Program-made: the position numbers and the translations under genes
The notes under the pieces: model-generated
What the model was told of the DNA's origin: nothing
The model's input: the letters and a program-made list of their open reading frames with translations, nothing else
The model's database searches: none
Part shown: in pieces, positions 1-10,275 of the stretch
Numbering within the stretch: the stretch's first letter is position 1
Layout of the letters: each line of letters opens with the position of its first letter
Source: Candidatus Latescibacterota bacterium
GTDB lineage: Bacteria > Latescibacterota > UBA2968 > UBA8231
Direction of reading: 5' to 3'
NCBI GenBank assembly: GCA_965243025.1
Contig: CBDETY010000003.1
Coordinates: 2,624,001-2,688,000, forward strand
DNA length: 64,000 nt

Positions 1-29
1 CGGATCGCCGCAGCCTCGGGAGGACTAGA

Positions 30-296
30 ATGGCCGTCTACCAGATCCTCTACTGGCAGGACATTCCCGCCCAGGTCCGCGTCTTCGACGGGCGCCGGCC
101 GCTGGCGCGGCAGATGCCCGACCGCTTCCAGGAGGCCATCGACCGGACGGCGATGGAACAGGGGCTCGAGGGAACCGACGACTACCTCGAGCAGTGGAGC
201 TGGACCGCCAGGCAGGAGCGGCCCGGCAGCCCGCAGGAAGTGCTCGAGGCGCTCCTGGCCGAGCTCGAAGAGGAGTACGACCGCGGGGACTCATGA
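30..296 (+). CDS. Virulence-factor domain small protein (PF13769-like)
   Basis: YWQDIPAQV...[11 protein letters not shown]...DDYLEQW signature; AGGA RBS upstream; TGA overlaps the mnmG ATG (ATGA). Confidence 0.75.
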   Translation: MAVYQILYWQDIPAQVRVFDGRRPLARQMPDRFQEAIDRTAMEQGLEGTDDYLEQWSWTARQERPGSPQEVLEALLAELEEEYDRGDS

Positions 297-2185
297 GCAC
301 CTACCCCAAGACCTACGACGTCATCGTCGTCGGGGGCGGCCACGCCGGCACCGAGGCGGCCCTCGCCGCCGCCCGCATGGGGGCGGAGACCCTGCTGCTG
401 ACCATGAACCTCGACACGGTGGCGCAGATGTCCTGCAACCCGGCCATCGGCGGCATCGGCAAGGGGCACATGGTGGTGGAGATCGACGCCCTCGGCGGCG
501 CCATGGCCCTCAACACCGACCGCTCGGGGATCCAGTTCCGGCGCCTGAACACCAGCCGCGGCCCCGCGGTGCGCGCCTGCCGCGCCCAGTGCGACAAGAA
601 GGCCTACCACCTCGAAATGAAGTACACCTGCGAGGCGCAGGAACGCCTCGATCTGCGCCAGGGCATGATGGAGAGCCTGGTCGTCGAACAGGGCCGGGTC
701 AGGGGGGTCGGCGTCAAGGGGGGGATTCTCTACCCGGGACGCACCGTCGTGCTGACGACCGGCACCTTCCTCAGGGGGCGGATCCACGTCGGCGACTTCA
801 GCTACAGCTCCGGCCGCGCCGGGGAAGCGGCGGCGGACAAGGCCTCGGAGGGGCTCGCATCCCTCGGGTTCGAGATCGGCCGCCTGAAGACCGGCACGCC
901 GCCGCGGGTCAACGGGCGCAGCATCGACTTCGAGGCCCTCGAGAGGCAGCCGGGCGACGACCCGCCGCGGATGTTCTCGTCCGAAAGCGAGGCGCCGGTG
1001 CTGCCGCAGATGCCCTGCTGGATCGCCTACACGAACAGCGAAACCCACGACCTGATCCGCGACAACCTCGGCCGCTCGGCCATGTACAGCGGCCGCATCG
1101 AGGGGGTGGGCCCGCGCTACTGCCCCTCCATCGAGGACAAGATCGTCAAGTTCGCCGACCGCGAGCGCCACCAGATCTTCGTCGAGCCGGAGGGAGTCCG
1201 CACCCTCGAGTTCTACATCAACGGCCTGTCGATGAGCCTGCCGGAAGAGCTCCAGCACGACATCCTGCGCACCGTTCCCGGCCTCGAGCGGGCCGAGATC
1301 ATGCGGCCCGCCTACGCCGTCGAGTACGACTACGCGCCGCCGACCCAGCTGCACGCATGGCTGGAAACCAAGCTCGTAGACTCCCTCTTCTTCGCAGGCC
1401 AGATCAACGGCACCACCGGGTACGAGGAGGCCGCCGCCCAGGGCCAGCTCGCCGGCATCAACGCCGTGCTCAAGGGGCGCGGCGAGGAGCCGTTCGTGCT
1501 GCACCGCTCCGATGCCTACATGGGGGTGCTGGTCGACGACCTCGTGACCAAGGGAACGCCGGAGCCGTACCGGATGTTCACCTCGCGCGCCGAGTACCGC
1601 CTGCTGCTGCGCGAGGACAACGCCGATTTCCGGCTGATGGAACACGGGCGCCGCTTCGGCATGGTGGGAGACGGCGCCTGGAGCCGGTTCCGGCGCAAGC
1701 AGCGGGACGTCGCCGGAGAGCTGGCGCGCCTGCGCAGCGTGCGCGTCCGGCCCGGGGAGGGAGTGAACGAGGTGCTGGAAAGGCAGGGAACGGCGAAGAT
1801 CTCCGAAGCGGCCCTGCTCGCCGACCTGCTGCGCAGGCCGCAGCTCGGCTACGGGGAAATCTGCGAGCTGTCGCCGCCGCCGAAGGCCCTGACCGCCGAC
1901 GCCGCCGAGCACGTCGAGGCGGAGATAAAGTACGAGGGGTACATCGACCGGCAGCAGCACGAGGTCGCCAAGGTCCGGCGCCTCGAGGAGCTCGCCATAC
2001 CCGCGGATTTCGACTTCGAGGCGGAGGCGGACAAGCTGTCGACCGAAGCCCGCCAGAAGCTCTCCACGGTGCGGCCCCGCACCTTGGGGCAGGCATCCCG
2101 GATCTCAGGGGTCTCCCCGGCGGACGTCTCCTCCCTGATGGTCATCCTGCACGCCCGGGGCGGCCCCAAAGCGGGGGGCGGGTAG
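293..2185 (+). CDS. mnmG: tRNA uridine 5-carboxymethylaminomethyl modification enzyme MnmG (GidA)
   Basis: [18 protein letters not shown] motif, [48 protein letters not shown]; true start MSTYPK at 293 (track ORF starts at 194). Confidence 0.98.
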   Translation: MSTYPKTYDVIVVGGGHAGTEAALAAARMGAETLLLTMNLDTVAQMSCNPAIGGIGKGHMVVEIDALGGAMALNTDRSGIQFRRLNTSRGPAVRACRAQCDKKAYHLEMKYTCEAQERLDLRQGMMESLVVEQGRVRGVGVKGGILYPGRTVVLTTGTFLRGRIHVGDFSYSSGRAGEAAADKASEGLASLGFEIGRLKTGTPPRVNGRSIDFEALERQPGDDPPRMFSSESEAPVLPQMPCWIAYTNSETHDLIRDNLGRSAMYSGRIEGVGPRYCPSIEDKIVKFADRERHQIFVEPEGVRTLEFYINGLSMSLPEELQHDILRTVPGLERAEIMRPAYAVEYDYAPPTQLHAWLETKLVDSLFFAGQINGTTGYEEAAAQGQLAGINAVLKGRGEEPFVLHRSDAYMGVLVDDLVTKGTPEPYRMFTSRAEYRLLLREDNADFRLMEHGRRFGMVGDGAWSRFRRKQRDVAGELARLRSVRVRPGEGVNEVLERQGTAKISEAALLADLLRRPQLGYGEICELSPPPKALTADAAEHVEAEIKYEGYIDRQQHEVAKVRRLEELAIPADFDFEAEADKLSTEARQKLSTVRPRTLGQASRISGVSPADVSSLMVILHARGGPKAGGG

Positions 2186-2473
2186 GCCACGCCCGCTCCG
2201 CCACTGCTTCTCAGCCCGGTGTGGCTGAATCATCCAGGTTTTTGAATCCTGCCTGATCCCGGCGGCTGATGTACCGTCGCCGTGAAGGTCTTCCACCTCT
2301 TCGGGCCACGGCGCGAAATGCTGAAGCGATACGGCCGCACCCCACGTCGAGGGGGATGGGCGGATTGCCGGTGAGATTCCCCTCGAATCAACCGACGCGG
2401 AACTGAGCGTCCGCTACGCCTGCCCCGATGGGCCGTGGGAGGGGGACGCCAACAGAAGCGGGTAACCCTCAGA

Positions 2474-2590
2474 TCAGTAGACGGGGATCTCGTTCCCCGC
2501 CTCGCCTGTGACGAAGTCGGACATCACCCAGAAACCGGACACGAAGACGTGCCCGAGGATGAGCCCCAGAAACAGGGGCCGCAGGCGATG
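2474..2590 (-). pseudogene. C-terminal remnant of a DUF6785/DUF6784-type membrane protein
   Basis: Hand translation HRLRPLFLGLILGHVFVSGFWVMSDFVTGEAGNEIPVY* matches the C-terminus of the protein ending at 5275 (MKPFFLGLILGEVSVSGVW); no start of its own. Confidence 0.7.
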
Positions 2591-2889
2591 GCAGCCTCTG
2601 CGAAGCCGGCCAGCCGTGAGCCGTTGACGATGTAGATGTCGACGTCGCCGTCGTTGTCGTTGTCGTAGTCGAAAACAGACGTGCCCCCCGTCGTGCTTTC
2701 GACGATGCAGGCCTTGTACGGCGTGCCCGATAACGTCAGCAAGTCCACACCGCTCTGCTCGGCTACGTCGACGAAGGTCGGCGTCTGTTGCGCCGGGGCA
2801 GGCGCATTGCCCTCGCCGGCAGGCAGCGATGCGGCGCCCAGCAGCGCCGGGAGCATCAACCTCAGGGCGGGTTCACTACTGCCGCTCAC
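2591..2889 (-). pseudogene. N-terminal remnant of a CRTAC1/ASPIC-UnbV (FG-GAP) family secreted protein
   Basis: Signal-like N-terminus then FVDVAEQSGV...ESTTGGTSVFDYDNDNDGDVDIYIVNG; similarity stops abruptly; extra DN from a 6-bp tandem duplication. Confidence 0.7.
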
Positions 2890-2952
2890 CGCGACTCCAG
2901 CTGCGCGGTGCGCGTGCGCACGTCGCTCAGACGTCCGTCATCGGGCTTACAT

Positions 2953-3165
2953 GCAGTGTACTGCGCGTGGCAGGTTGCACCCCCGGTTTCCCAGCAGTGG
3001 AGGTGGTCGCTTATCAGGTGCGGGGAGACGCCCTGCTATCTCAGCATCCTCGGTACCGAACCGTCGAATGGCTCGAGCGGCCCCCACGACCGGTGCAGGA
3101 AGTTCGGCCGACCCGTGTGCAGGTCGCGACGCGCCGGCATGCATGGCATCGAGCAGATGGAGCTC
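2953..3165 (-). pseudogene. Sulfatase N-terminal fragment with internal stop
   Basis: Hand translation SICSMPCMPARRDLHTGRPNFLHRSWGPLEPFDGSVPRMLR*QGVSPHLISDHLHCWETGGATCHAQY contains a CxPxR motif and an in-frame TAG. Confidence 0.8.
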
Positions 3166-3337
3166 TTGTACCCGCCATTGCGGTGATTTCCATACTCCAC
3201 TCGAGACAGATGCCCGGGCAGACAGGGCTGCCAAATGGACGCAGGGTCTGCTCACCGTAAGTTATGCAGATCCTGAAGCCGGAGCATCCGGCTCGGTGCT
3301 GCGCGGTCTCCCCCGATTCTATCGCCAACGAACTTTC

Positions 3338-5275
3338 TTGTACCGGTCCATCACACAGTCACCCTTCAGCCTGAAGGGTCTCGCCACCGGCATAGCTCTC
3401 AGCATCCTCGTCGGCGTCGTCGCGCCGCTCGGCGCCGTCTTTCAGTATTTCCTCATTGGCTTCAACCCGTCGTCACCGGGAGCGATCTTCTTTTTTCTCG
3501 TCCTCACGCTCGTCGTCAACGTCATCCTGCGCATTGTCAGCAAGCGTCTGGAGCTGTCGCGAGCCGACCTCGTCCTCATCTATTGCATGCTCCTCATGGC
3601 CGTCACCATGCCGACGTGGGGCCTCGGCTTTTTCCTGCTGGGAACGATCGTCTTCCCGTACTACTACGCGACTACGGAAAACCGCTTTGCCGAGCTCTTC
3701 CACGAGCTCATTCCACGCTGGATGACACCCCAGGACCCGGAGGCGATCAGGCTCTATTACGAAGGTCTGCCCAAGGGGGCGCCGATCCCGTGGGGGCCCT
3801 GGATCGAACCCCTCGGCTGGTGGTTCGCTTTCATCATCGCCCTCGGTCTCTGCCTCGTCTGCATGAGCGCCATCCTCCACCGCCAGTGGTCCGTCCACGA
3901 GCGCCTCAGTTACCCGATGGTACAACTTCCGCAGCAGATGATCGAAGAAGGGGGTGAGGGCTCCCGGGTGGCGCCGCTCTTCAGGCGCAAACTCATGTGG
4001 TTCGGGTTCGCCGTGCCCTTCCTCATCTTCAGTCTCGACGGCCTCCATCACTTCTTCCCGATTGTTCCCGAGTTCGGCTTCTTCCACCCGGCTTTCAGCT
4101 GGTTCCGCGGCACGGTCAGCCTCGTCTTCGCATTCAGTTTTGCCTGGGTCGGATTTTTCTACCTCGCCAGCCTCGAGCTCTCCTTCAGCATCTGGTTCTT
4201 CTACGTGTTCTGTAAGGTCGAGGAGGGGATTTTCAAGGTGCTCGGCATCAGCAGCACCGAAAAACTCAGCTCGTACGAATACTCCCAGCCGGCCGACCTG
4301 ACCCACCAGGCGGCGGGGGCGACCATCGTCCTCGTCCTGTTCGGTTTATGGACAGCGCGAGTTCATCTGAAGGAGGTGTTCCTGAAGGCGTGGAATCCCG
4401 CCACAGACATCGACGACAGCGAAGAGCTCCTGCCCTACCGGTCTGCTGTGCTTGGTTTTCTGGGATCGCTGCTCTTCATCACGGTCTGGCTGTGGCGCTC
4501 CGGCGTGCCTCCCGTCGTCCTGCCCGTGCTTGTCATCATCAGTCTCATCTTCTTCATCCTCGTCGCCCGGGTCGTGGCCACAGCCGGCGTTGCCACGGCG
4601 CGCAGTCCCATCGTACCCGCCTATTTCATCATCTCCGGCCTCGGCACGACCATCCTCGGCGCCAAGGGACTCATCGCCCTCAACTTCACCTTCATCTGGC
4701 AGGGCGAGTCCCGCACGTCGCCGATGGTCGCCTGTTCGAATGGGCTAAAGCTTGCCGAGATGATTCGCGGACCAAAAGGGATCCTGTTCTGCGGTTTAAT
4801 GCTCGCCCTCATCTGCAGTCTCGCCGCCGCCACTTTCACGAGCATGCAGCTGGCGTACGAATACGGTGCCGTGAACCTGTTCCTTCTCGACCGGGCCGGG
4901 GGCCATGGGTGGCCGTACATCGGACCGACAATCCTGGAGATGCCGGAGGTCGATGTGCGGGGCTGGCTCTTCACTGCACTCGGCGGACTCGCTGAGGGAT
5001 TCCTGGTCTGGGCCCAGCACCGCTGGTTCTGGTGGCCCCTGCACCCGATCGGCTTTGCCATCGGCGTCGGCTGGCTCACCGGCCACATCTGGTTTTCGTG
5101 CATGGTCGCCTGGGTCATCAAACTCGTCATCGTGCATATCTGGGGTGTCCGCACGTTTCAGATGATGAAGCCTTTTTTCCTCGGCCTCATTCTCGGCGAG
5201 GTCTCGGTGAGCGGCGTCTGGGGATCCATCTACCCCTTCGTTACCGACACCGGCAAGTGGTTGACGGTCATGTGA
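3338..5275 (+). CDS. DUF6785/DUF6784-type polytopic inner-membrane protein (putative transporter)
   Basis: Many TM segments; RQWSVHERLSYP, WWPLHPIG and KPFFLGLILGE motifs; probable TTG start near 3338; the track extension to 2681 overlaps pseudogene debris. Confidence 0.75.
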   Translation: MYRSITQSPFSLKGLATGIALSILVGVVAPLGAVFQYFLIGFNPSSPGAIFFFLVLTLVVNVILRIVSKRLELSRADLVLIYCMLLMAVTMPTWGLGFFLLGTIVFPYYYATTENRFAELFHELIPRWMTPQDPEAIRLYYEGLPKGAPIPWGPWIEPLGWWFAFIIALGLCLVCMSAILHRQWSVHERLSYPMVQLPQQMIEEGGEGSRVAPLFRRKLMWFGFAVPFLIFSLDGLHHFFPIVPEFGFFHPAFSWFRGTVSLVFAFSFAWVGFFYLASLELSFSIWFFYVFCKVEEGIFKVLGISSTEKLSSYEYSQPADLTHQAAGATIVLVLFGLWTARVHLKEVFLKAWNPATDIDDSEELLPYRSAVLGFLGSLLFITVWLWRSGVPPVVLPVLVIISLIFFILVARVVATAGVATARSPIVPAYFIISGLGTTILGAKGLIALNFTFIWQGESRTSPMVACSNGLKLAEMIRGPKGILFCGLMLALICSLAAATFTSMQLAYEYGAVNLFLLDRAGGHGWPYIGPTILEMPEVDVRGWLFTALGGLAEGFLVWAQHRWFWWPLHPIGFAIGVGWLTGHIWFSCMVAWVIKLVIVHIWGVRTFQMMKPFFLGLILGEVSVSGVWGSIYPFVTDTGKWLTVM

Positions 5276-5476
5276 GGCGCCGGCGCACTGTCCAAACCCG
5301 ATCTGCCGCCATCCACACCATGCCGGTCCCGCGAAAAAAGCAGATTGCCGGGTTTGTCGACGAAACAGGTCATCAACCCGGATGTCCAACCATGCGGAAG
5401 GACATGAAACCGGTTGCTGTCGGGCGCCAACCTGCATCACATCTACTTTGTCGCTTTCTGTTCGAGGAACTGAGAC

Positions 5477-6709
5477 ATGAAAATCACGAAAATCGACATA
5501 ATTCCGATTCGGCCCCGGCTCGCCAGTCGCTATAGAGGAAGGGAAGTGAGATTCCAGGGTGTCGAACACCGCACCGTATACAAGCTGCAAACGGACAACG
5601 GCCTGGTGGGCTACGGCGACCATCGCCTCGGCGGGCTGCCCCGGGCAGCAGTGGAGCCGCTCATCGGCCGTGACCCTTTTGATTTCATCAACAACACTCT
5701 CGACCCTGGTCTGGGCGGAGCGCTCTACGACCTCATGGGCAAATACCTCGGAGTGCCGGCCTACAAGCTCATGGGACAGAAGGTGCGCGATGCCGTGTCG
5801 GTTGCGGCCTGGACGGCGCAGTCATCGCCCGCTGAGTTCGCCAGCGAGATCGAGCGAGCCGCGGCGCAGGGCTATCGGGTTTTCAAGATGCACACCGCGG
5901 CGTTCCACGATGTGGTGGAGCAGACGCGCGCTGCCGAAGAAGTGGCGCCGAGAGGTTTCAAGATTCACTACGACTTCAATGGCAACCGGACGCTGGCCAC
6001 AGTACTGCCCCTCATCAAGGAGCTGGAATCACATCCGGTCGTAGGCCATATCGAGGATCCCCTGCCGAAAAGCGATCTGGACAGCTGGTGCAGGCTGCGG
6101 GACAAGGTCGCGATCCCCCTGATTTTCCACGTGGCGGCCGGGCACGACGGCCTCCAGGAAGTGACGGCCGGAGTGGCCGACACCTACCTCTTCAGCGGCG
6201 TGTCGATCGGCGATACCCTCGTATCCGGCTTTGCCTGCGCCCGCGCAAACGCGCAGGTCCTGTTGCAGCTCACCGGCGGTACGCTTGCCAAGGCTTTCGC
6301 GCTGCATATCGCGGCTGTATTGCCCACGGCGACAGGTCACTCCATCCATCTGGATGACCAGTACGAGGACGACGTCACGCGAGAGAGAATCCCCGTTACC
6401 GAGGGGTGCTCCCCGGTGCCGCAAGGGCCCGGCCTGGGCGTCGAGGTGGACGAGGAGAAGCTGTCGGAACTGGCGGCGAAAAGCTCAGAGGGTCCCGCGG
6501 AGTCGTCGAGAAACATCGGCATTCTACACCTGCCAGGCGGCCGGAAACTGTACACTTCGGCAACACCTGCCATAACCGCGATGACCGGGCGTGAAGAGGG
6601 TGCTGTTCGAGGCATCCGAATGGAGTTGTGGGAGGACGATGATTCAGAGGAATTCGGGCGGGTTTACGAGCGCATCGACAGGGAGGGCGTCTTCGAGGCC
6701 GGCGACTGA
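5477..6709 (+). CDS. Mandelate racemase/muconate lactonizing enzyme (enolase superfamily)
   Basis: MKITKIDII start, LYDLMGKYLGVPAYKLMG, FKMH, YDFN, IEDP, GPGLGVEVDE; GAGGA RBS. Confidence 0.9.
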   Translation: MKITKIDIIPIRPRLASRYRGREVRFQGVEHRTVYKLQTDNGLVGYGDHRLGGLPRAAVEPLIGRDPFDFINNTLDPGLGGALYDLMGKYLGVPAYKLMGQKVRDAVSVAAWTAQSSPAEFASEIERAAAQGYRVFKMHTAAFHDVVEQTRAAEEVAPRGFKIHYDFNGNRTLATVLPLIKELESHPVVGHIEDPLPKSDLDSWCRLRDKVAIPLIFHVAAGHDGLQEVTAGVADTYLFSGVSIGDTLVSGFACARANAQVLLQLTGGTLAKAFALHIAAVLPTATGHSIHLDDQYEDDVTRERIPVTEGCSPVPQGPGLGVEVDEEKLSELAAKSSEGPAESSRNIGILHLPGGRKLYTSATPAITAMTGREEGAVRGIRMELWEDDDSEEFGRVYERIDREGVFEAGD

Positions 6710-6825
6710 GGTAAAAGAATCGTCGATTTTCGACAGCTGATCGCCCTGCCCCGCTCTCACCCGGACCCTCATGTCGGCCCGGAACGTACATTTTCCTGTC
6801 ACCCTGAACGTGGACATGCTTTGGC

Positions 6826-7977
6826 TCATATATCCGGCCTCAGCTCCAGTGCGAGGGTGCGAAAATCTACCACCCGATGAAGGGTCACCAGATTGGTGTC
6901 GTGCTGGTTCTTCCCCCCTTGCGAGGTACGCGCTACCACCAGCAGGTCGTCTCCATCTATTAATTGTGAAGCATAACTGAAGGATTCGAGCGGACTACGG
7001 CTCATCGCCACACAACCGGCGTCGAACCAGTTAAGGGCATCCAGACTGTACATGAGGATAAGGATGCGGCGCTCGTTTCCCGGAGCCCCGGCGAATCCGA
7101 TCTTTTTAAGAGGCTCTCTATCCTGCCAGGTGTTGGTAGGTCGAGTCACCGTCGTCCAGAAGAGACCGCTGGCATCATCATAAACGATGTAGAATTTACA
7201 TTGAGCTCCCGGCATCGGGTAGAACTGCAGGAAGCGATAGCTTAACTGCTTACCATCATCCTCCAAGCCACACACCGCCGCCAGCCCTGCAGTAGAGTGA
7301 GCATCGATAATTGTTCGCAGGATCACGCGGATCTCACCGCCAACATCGATGACGTTTCCTTCAAGCCAGCTGTCCTCAGCGATTTTGTCCTCGAAGCTGG
7401 GTTTGTAAAAGCCCCTGGCAAGGGCAGGAGGAACGCCGGGGAAGTCCAGGTGATTGGACATTCTCCAGGCGGAGGGGTCGAGCAGATCTCCCGACTGGTC
7501 GCCGGCTATTACCAAAGAATTCCACTCGCTGCGGTGGCCGGTCGGACAGGTCTCGAAAGCGCTGTAAACAAAACCGTCTTTCATCACAACGGGGGTCGGA
7601 GCGCTGTGGAAACGTCCCTCGTACAAAACATTTTCCTGGGTGAAGGTCTCTCCCCCGTCACCCGAACGCGAGATGACGATCTCGCGCGATTTGGGTCTAC
7701 TTCCTATCACATAAAGGAAATCATCGTGAACGAAAAGCGACGGCCAGGTGATGCTCAGACTTGCCTTTTCGCTCCAGCTTTCTCCACGGTCATCGCTCAC
7801 AAGGATCTTGAACTGACCGGGGAGGCTTGTGGCGACCGGCGAGGGGCGGAACCACTCGAAGCTTGCGATCATCCGGCCGGACGATAATCTCGTCAGCATC
7901 GGCGAGCCGGTGTAGAGGTTTTGCGGGTTCGAGGTACGAACAACGGTAGTAAAATCCTGGGCGAGGATGGTTGTCAT
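6826..7977 (-). CDS. BNR/Asp-box sialidase-like glycoside hydrolase
   Basis: Asp-boxes SDDRGESW and SGDGGETF, WLEGNV, FSYAS; AGGAGG RBS before MTTILAQD at 7977; no signal peptide. Confidence 0.75.
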   Translation of the reverse strand: MTTILAQDFTTVVRTSNPQNLYTGSPMLTRLSSGRMIASFEWFRPSPVATSLPGQFKILVSDDRGESWSEKASLSITWPSLFVHDDFLYVIGSRPKSREIVISRSGDGGETFTQENVLYEGRFHSAPTPVVMKDGFVYSAFETCPTGHRSEWNSLVIAGDQSGDLLDPSAWRMSNHLDFPGVPPALARGFYKPSFEDKIAEDSWLEGNVIDVGGEIRVILRTIIDAHSTAGLAAVCGLEDDGKQLSYRFLQFYPMPGAQCKFYIVYDDASGLFWTTVTRPTNTWQDREPLKKIGFAGAPGNERRILILMYSLDALNWFDAGCVAMSRSPLESFSYASQLIDGDDLLVVARTSQGGKNQHDTNLVTLHRVVDFRTLALELRPDI

Positions 7978-8064
7978 TGTAATCCCTCCTTGTTTTAACG
8001 AGGTTGGACGATTTGGGCGGGGTTGGCGGTGGCAACCCAGGCCGGTAGCAGTGGAGAGGTCAAC

Positions 8065-9114
8065 ATGAGCCGCAATCGCGACAAACTGCCGGTGCACACC
8101 ATCCGAGGCACCGAAACACAATGTGGCCGCCAGTATGGCGAGCGCTGGGCGACGGAGATGCTCGGCTTCTACTACCAGGAGGTCTCCCCGTCGACGGAAA
8201 ATCTGAGCTATGCCCGCCGTTGCTGGAAACATGTGGAGCGCTCGGCGCGGCGTTCGGCACTCTTCATGAAGGGCCTTGCCGGCGGGTCCGGGCTCACCCT
8301 CGATCAGGTCTGCCTCCTCGCCCTGCATGAGGAGATCCATCACACGCCCCACTGCACAGCCTTCGCCGCTGCCGGCAGCGCAACGCGAGGTCGAAAGACC
8401 CTCGTGGCGATGAACTGGGACTGGGGAGCTCAGCTGTATCCCTGGGCCGGCTTGCTGCGCCTGGCGCCCGAGGGCAGTCCGCGCGTCCTCACGTATCATT
8501 TTCCCGGTCTGTGGGCAGGAGCCGGCATCAACGAACACGGCATGTCCCTCATGTGGACGAGCTCGGGGCTGATGCCGCGACTCCAACCCGAAGTCGGAGT
8601 GCCCACCTATGTCGTCATCGCTGAGATCCTGCGCCGCAAAACCGTGAACGCCGCCCTGCGCTGGCTCGACTCTGTCGAACACGCCGGCTGTTTCATCTTC
8701 TTCCTCGGTGACACCGACGGGACGATCGCCGTGGTTGAGGGTCAGCCCGGTTACACTGCCGTCGACCAGTCAGCTGATGCGCTGAGCCGCGCCAATCACT
8801 ATATGTGTGAGGGCGCCATTCGAGCGTCCGGTCAGCGCCTCGAACGCGGCTCTGCTTCTACCACCGCATACCGCGGACAGCGGATGGCGAAACTCCTCGA
8901 CGAACGGCGCCCCCTTGGAGTTCCGGCCGCCAGAAGCATCCTCACCGACCGCGACGGTCCCGGTCCCTGGATCCATCAGCTGCCGTTTGGCAGACACCGA
9001 TTAACCCGCAACGGCATGACCCTCGACAGCCTCCTCGCCTCCTGTGAGGACCGCGCTCTCTACACCTGCCGCGGAGGTCGAGAACCCGGTCCCTGGCAGC
9101 GCGTTCGGGTTTAA
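8065..9114 (+). CDS. C45 family peptidase/acyltransferase (Ntn hydrolase)
   Basis: HCTAF autoprocessing Cys, MNWDW, GINEHG, ANHY; GGAGAGG RBS. Confidence 0.88.
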   Translation: MSRNRDKLPVHTIRGTETQCGRQYGERWATEMLGFYYQEVSPSTENLSYARRCWKHVERSARRSALFMKGLAGGSGLTLDQVCLLALHEEIHHTPHCTAFAAAGSATRGRKTLVAMNWDWGAQLYPWAGLLRLAPEGSPRVLTYHFPGLWAGAGINEHGMSLMWTSSGLMPRLQPEVGVPTYVVIAEILRRKTVNAALRWLDSVEHAGCFIFFLGDTDGTIAVVEGQPGYTAVDQSADALSRANHYMCEGAIRASGQRLERGSASTTAYRGQRMAKLLDERRPLGVPAARSILTDRDGPGPWIHQLPFGRHRLTRNGMTLDSLLASCEDRALYTCRGGREPGPWQRVRV

Positions 9115-9510
9115 CAGCCACGGAAAACCGATGACAGATCTTCGCCAGGAGCGGGTCACCCTCTCCGATCCGTGGGTACCGAGAGTGGGGCGGGCGAGTG
9201 CGGGACTGCCGCAGCTCTCGTCCTGCCACAGCAACGCGCCCACCGTCTGGCCTGGGCAACACTCCTGGCCGGAGTGTTCGCGCCCGGAAGCGACATTCAA
9301 TCCCTACCGAGCCATCGAGACCGCCCGATTGATGGATCGGGAGACCATCTGATTCAGCCTCTCCTCGCCGCCCCTCGACACTGCCTGATTTTCGGCCCAT
9401 ACTGCCTCGTCCAAAGTAAGACTATCTCTTACCCTAGCCAGAACGTCAGCCCGAATCGATCGGTCCAACACCTTTTCGATTTCTCTTTCTGACAGTCCCC
9501 TTAATCTGAG

Positions 9511-10275
9511 ATGCGCGACGTCAGCGACCTGCACTGGAGCGTCGACTACACGGCCCAGACGGATCACTGGGACGTCCGGTCCGAGCTCTCACAGCCTTTA
9601 TCCGAAGCCCTCTCCTCCCCATCTGTCGATCCAAACGCATCCGCCAAGACGCACGGCTATACGATCCTCCCCAACTTCTGGTGTGGCTACAATCCGGACG
9701 AGACGCACAGCGCCCAATTCAGCATCGGATCACTCCTCGTCGAGCGAACACTGGCCGAATCCGGATGGCGTTATCGCGTCACCCACGATAACAGGCCGAG
9801 CGGCGAGCGCCTCACCCTCGACTTCACCTGCGGCGACGAACCGCTCCATCCACTCCGCAGCCCCTGGCGGATTCTGGCACGTAACGACGCTGACGGCGTT
9901 TACAGCGAAATCGACTGGAAGGGATCGATCGAGGGGGCGACGATCTCGCTCACCACCTCGCGTGGACTCTCGTTCGAAGCAGGTGAGGTGCCGCCCGGCA
10001 CGCCGCTCACGACCATCTGGGCTCTCGTCGACGTCCTCCCGACACTGACCGGCGGGGCCGATGGATTCTCCATCCTCGAAGACCTCGAAACGCTAAAACT
10101 CGGCTGCCGGATCCACCCCCTCGAGACGTGGACCTTCGAATCACACACGTTGACTGGACACGTGCTTTCCGGCGAAGGCCTGCCACCCTCATACTGGTGG
10201 CTGACCGAGTCCGGCGACGTCGCCCTCGTTTCCACGATCTTCTCCACCTACGTCCTCTGCGAGCGAGGCACGTGA
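9511..10275 (+). CDS. Hypothetical protein
   Basis: 254-aa ORF with gene-like codon use; TGA overlaps the sulfatase ATG; start uncertain. Confidence 0.65.
   Translation: MRDVSDLHWSVDYTAQTDHWDVRSELSQPLSEALSSPSVDPNASAKTHGYTILPNFWCGYNPDETHSAQFSIGSLLVERTLAESGWRYRVTHDNRPSGERLTLDFTCGDEPLHPLRSPWRILARNDADGVYSEIDWKGSIEGATISLTTSRGLSFEAGEVPPGTPLTTIWALVDVLPTLTGGADGFSILEDLETLKLGCRIHPLETWTFESHTLTGHVLSGEGLPPSYWWLTESGDVALVSTIFSTYVLCERGT

Noticed and set aside
2347-2386. 11-bp stem TCGAGGGGGAT...ATTCCCCTCGA near the island's left edge
   Set aside because: Single short inverted repeat with no target duplication or partner; could be chance
2681-3337. N-terminal extension of the 864-aa ORF
   Set aside because: Low-complexity translation overlapping opposite-strand pseudogene fragments; family similarity starts near 3338
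7978-8682. N-terminal extension of the 618-aa minus ORF
   Set aside because: Overlaps the C45 gene antisense; a strong RBS marks the start at 7977
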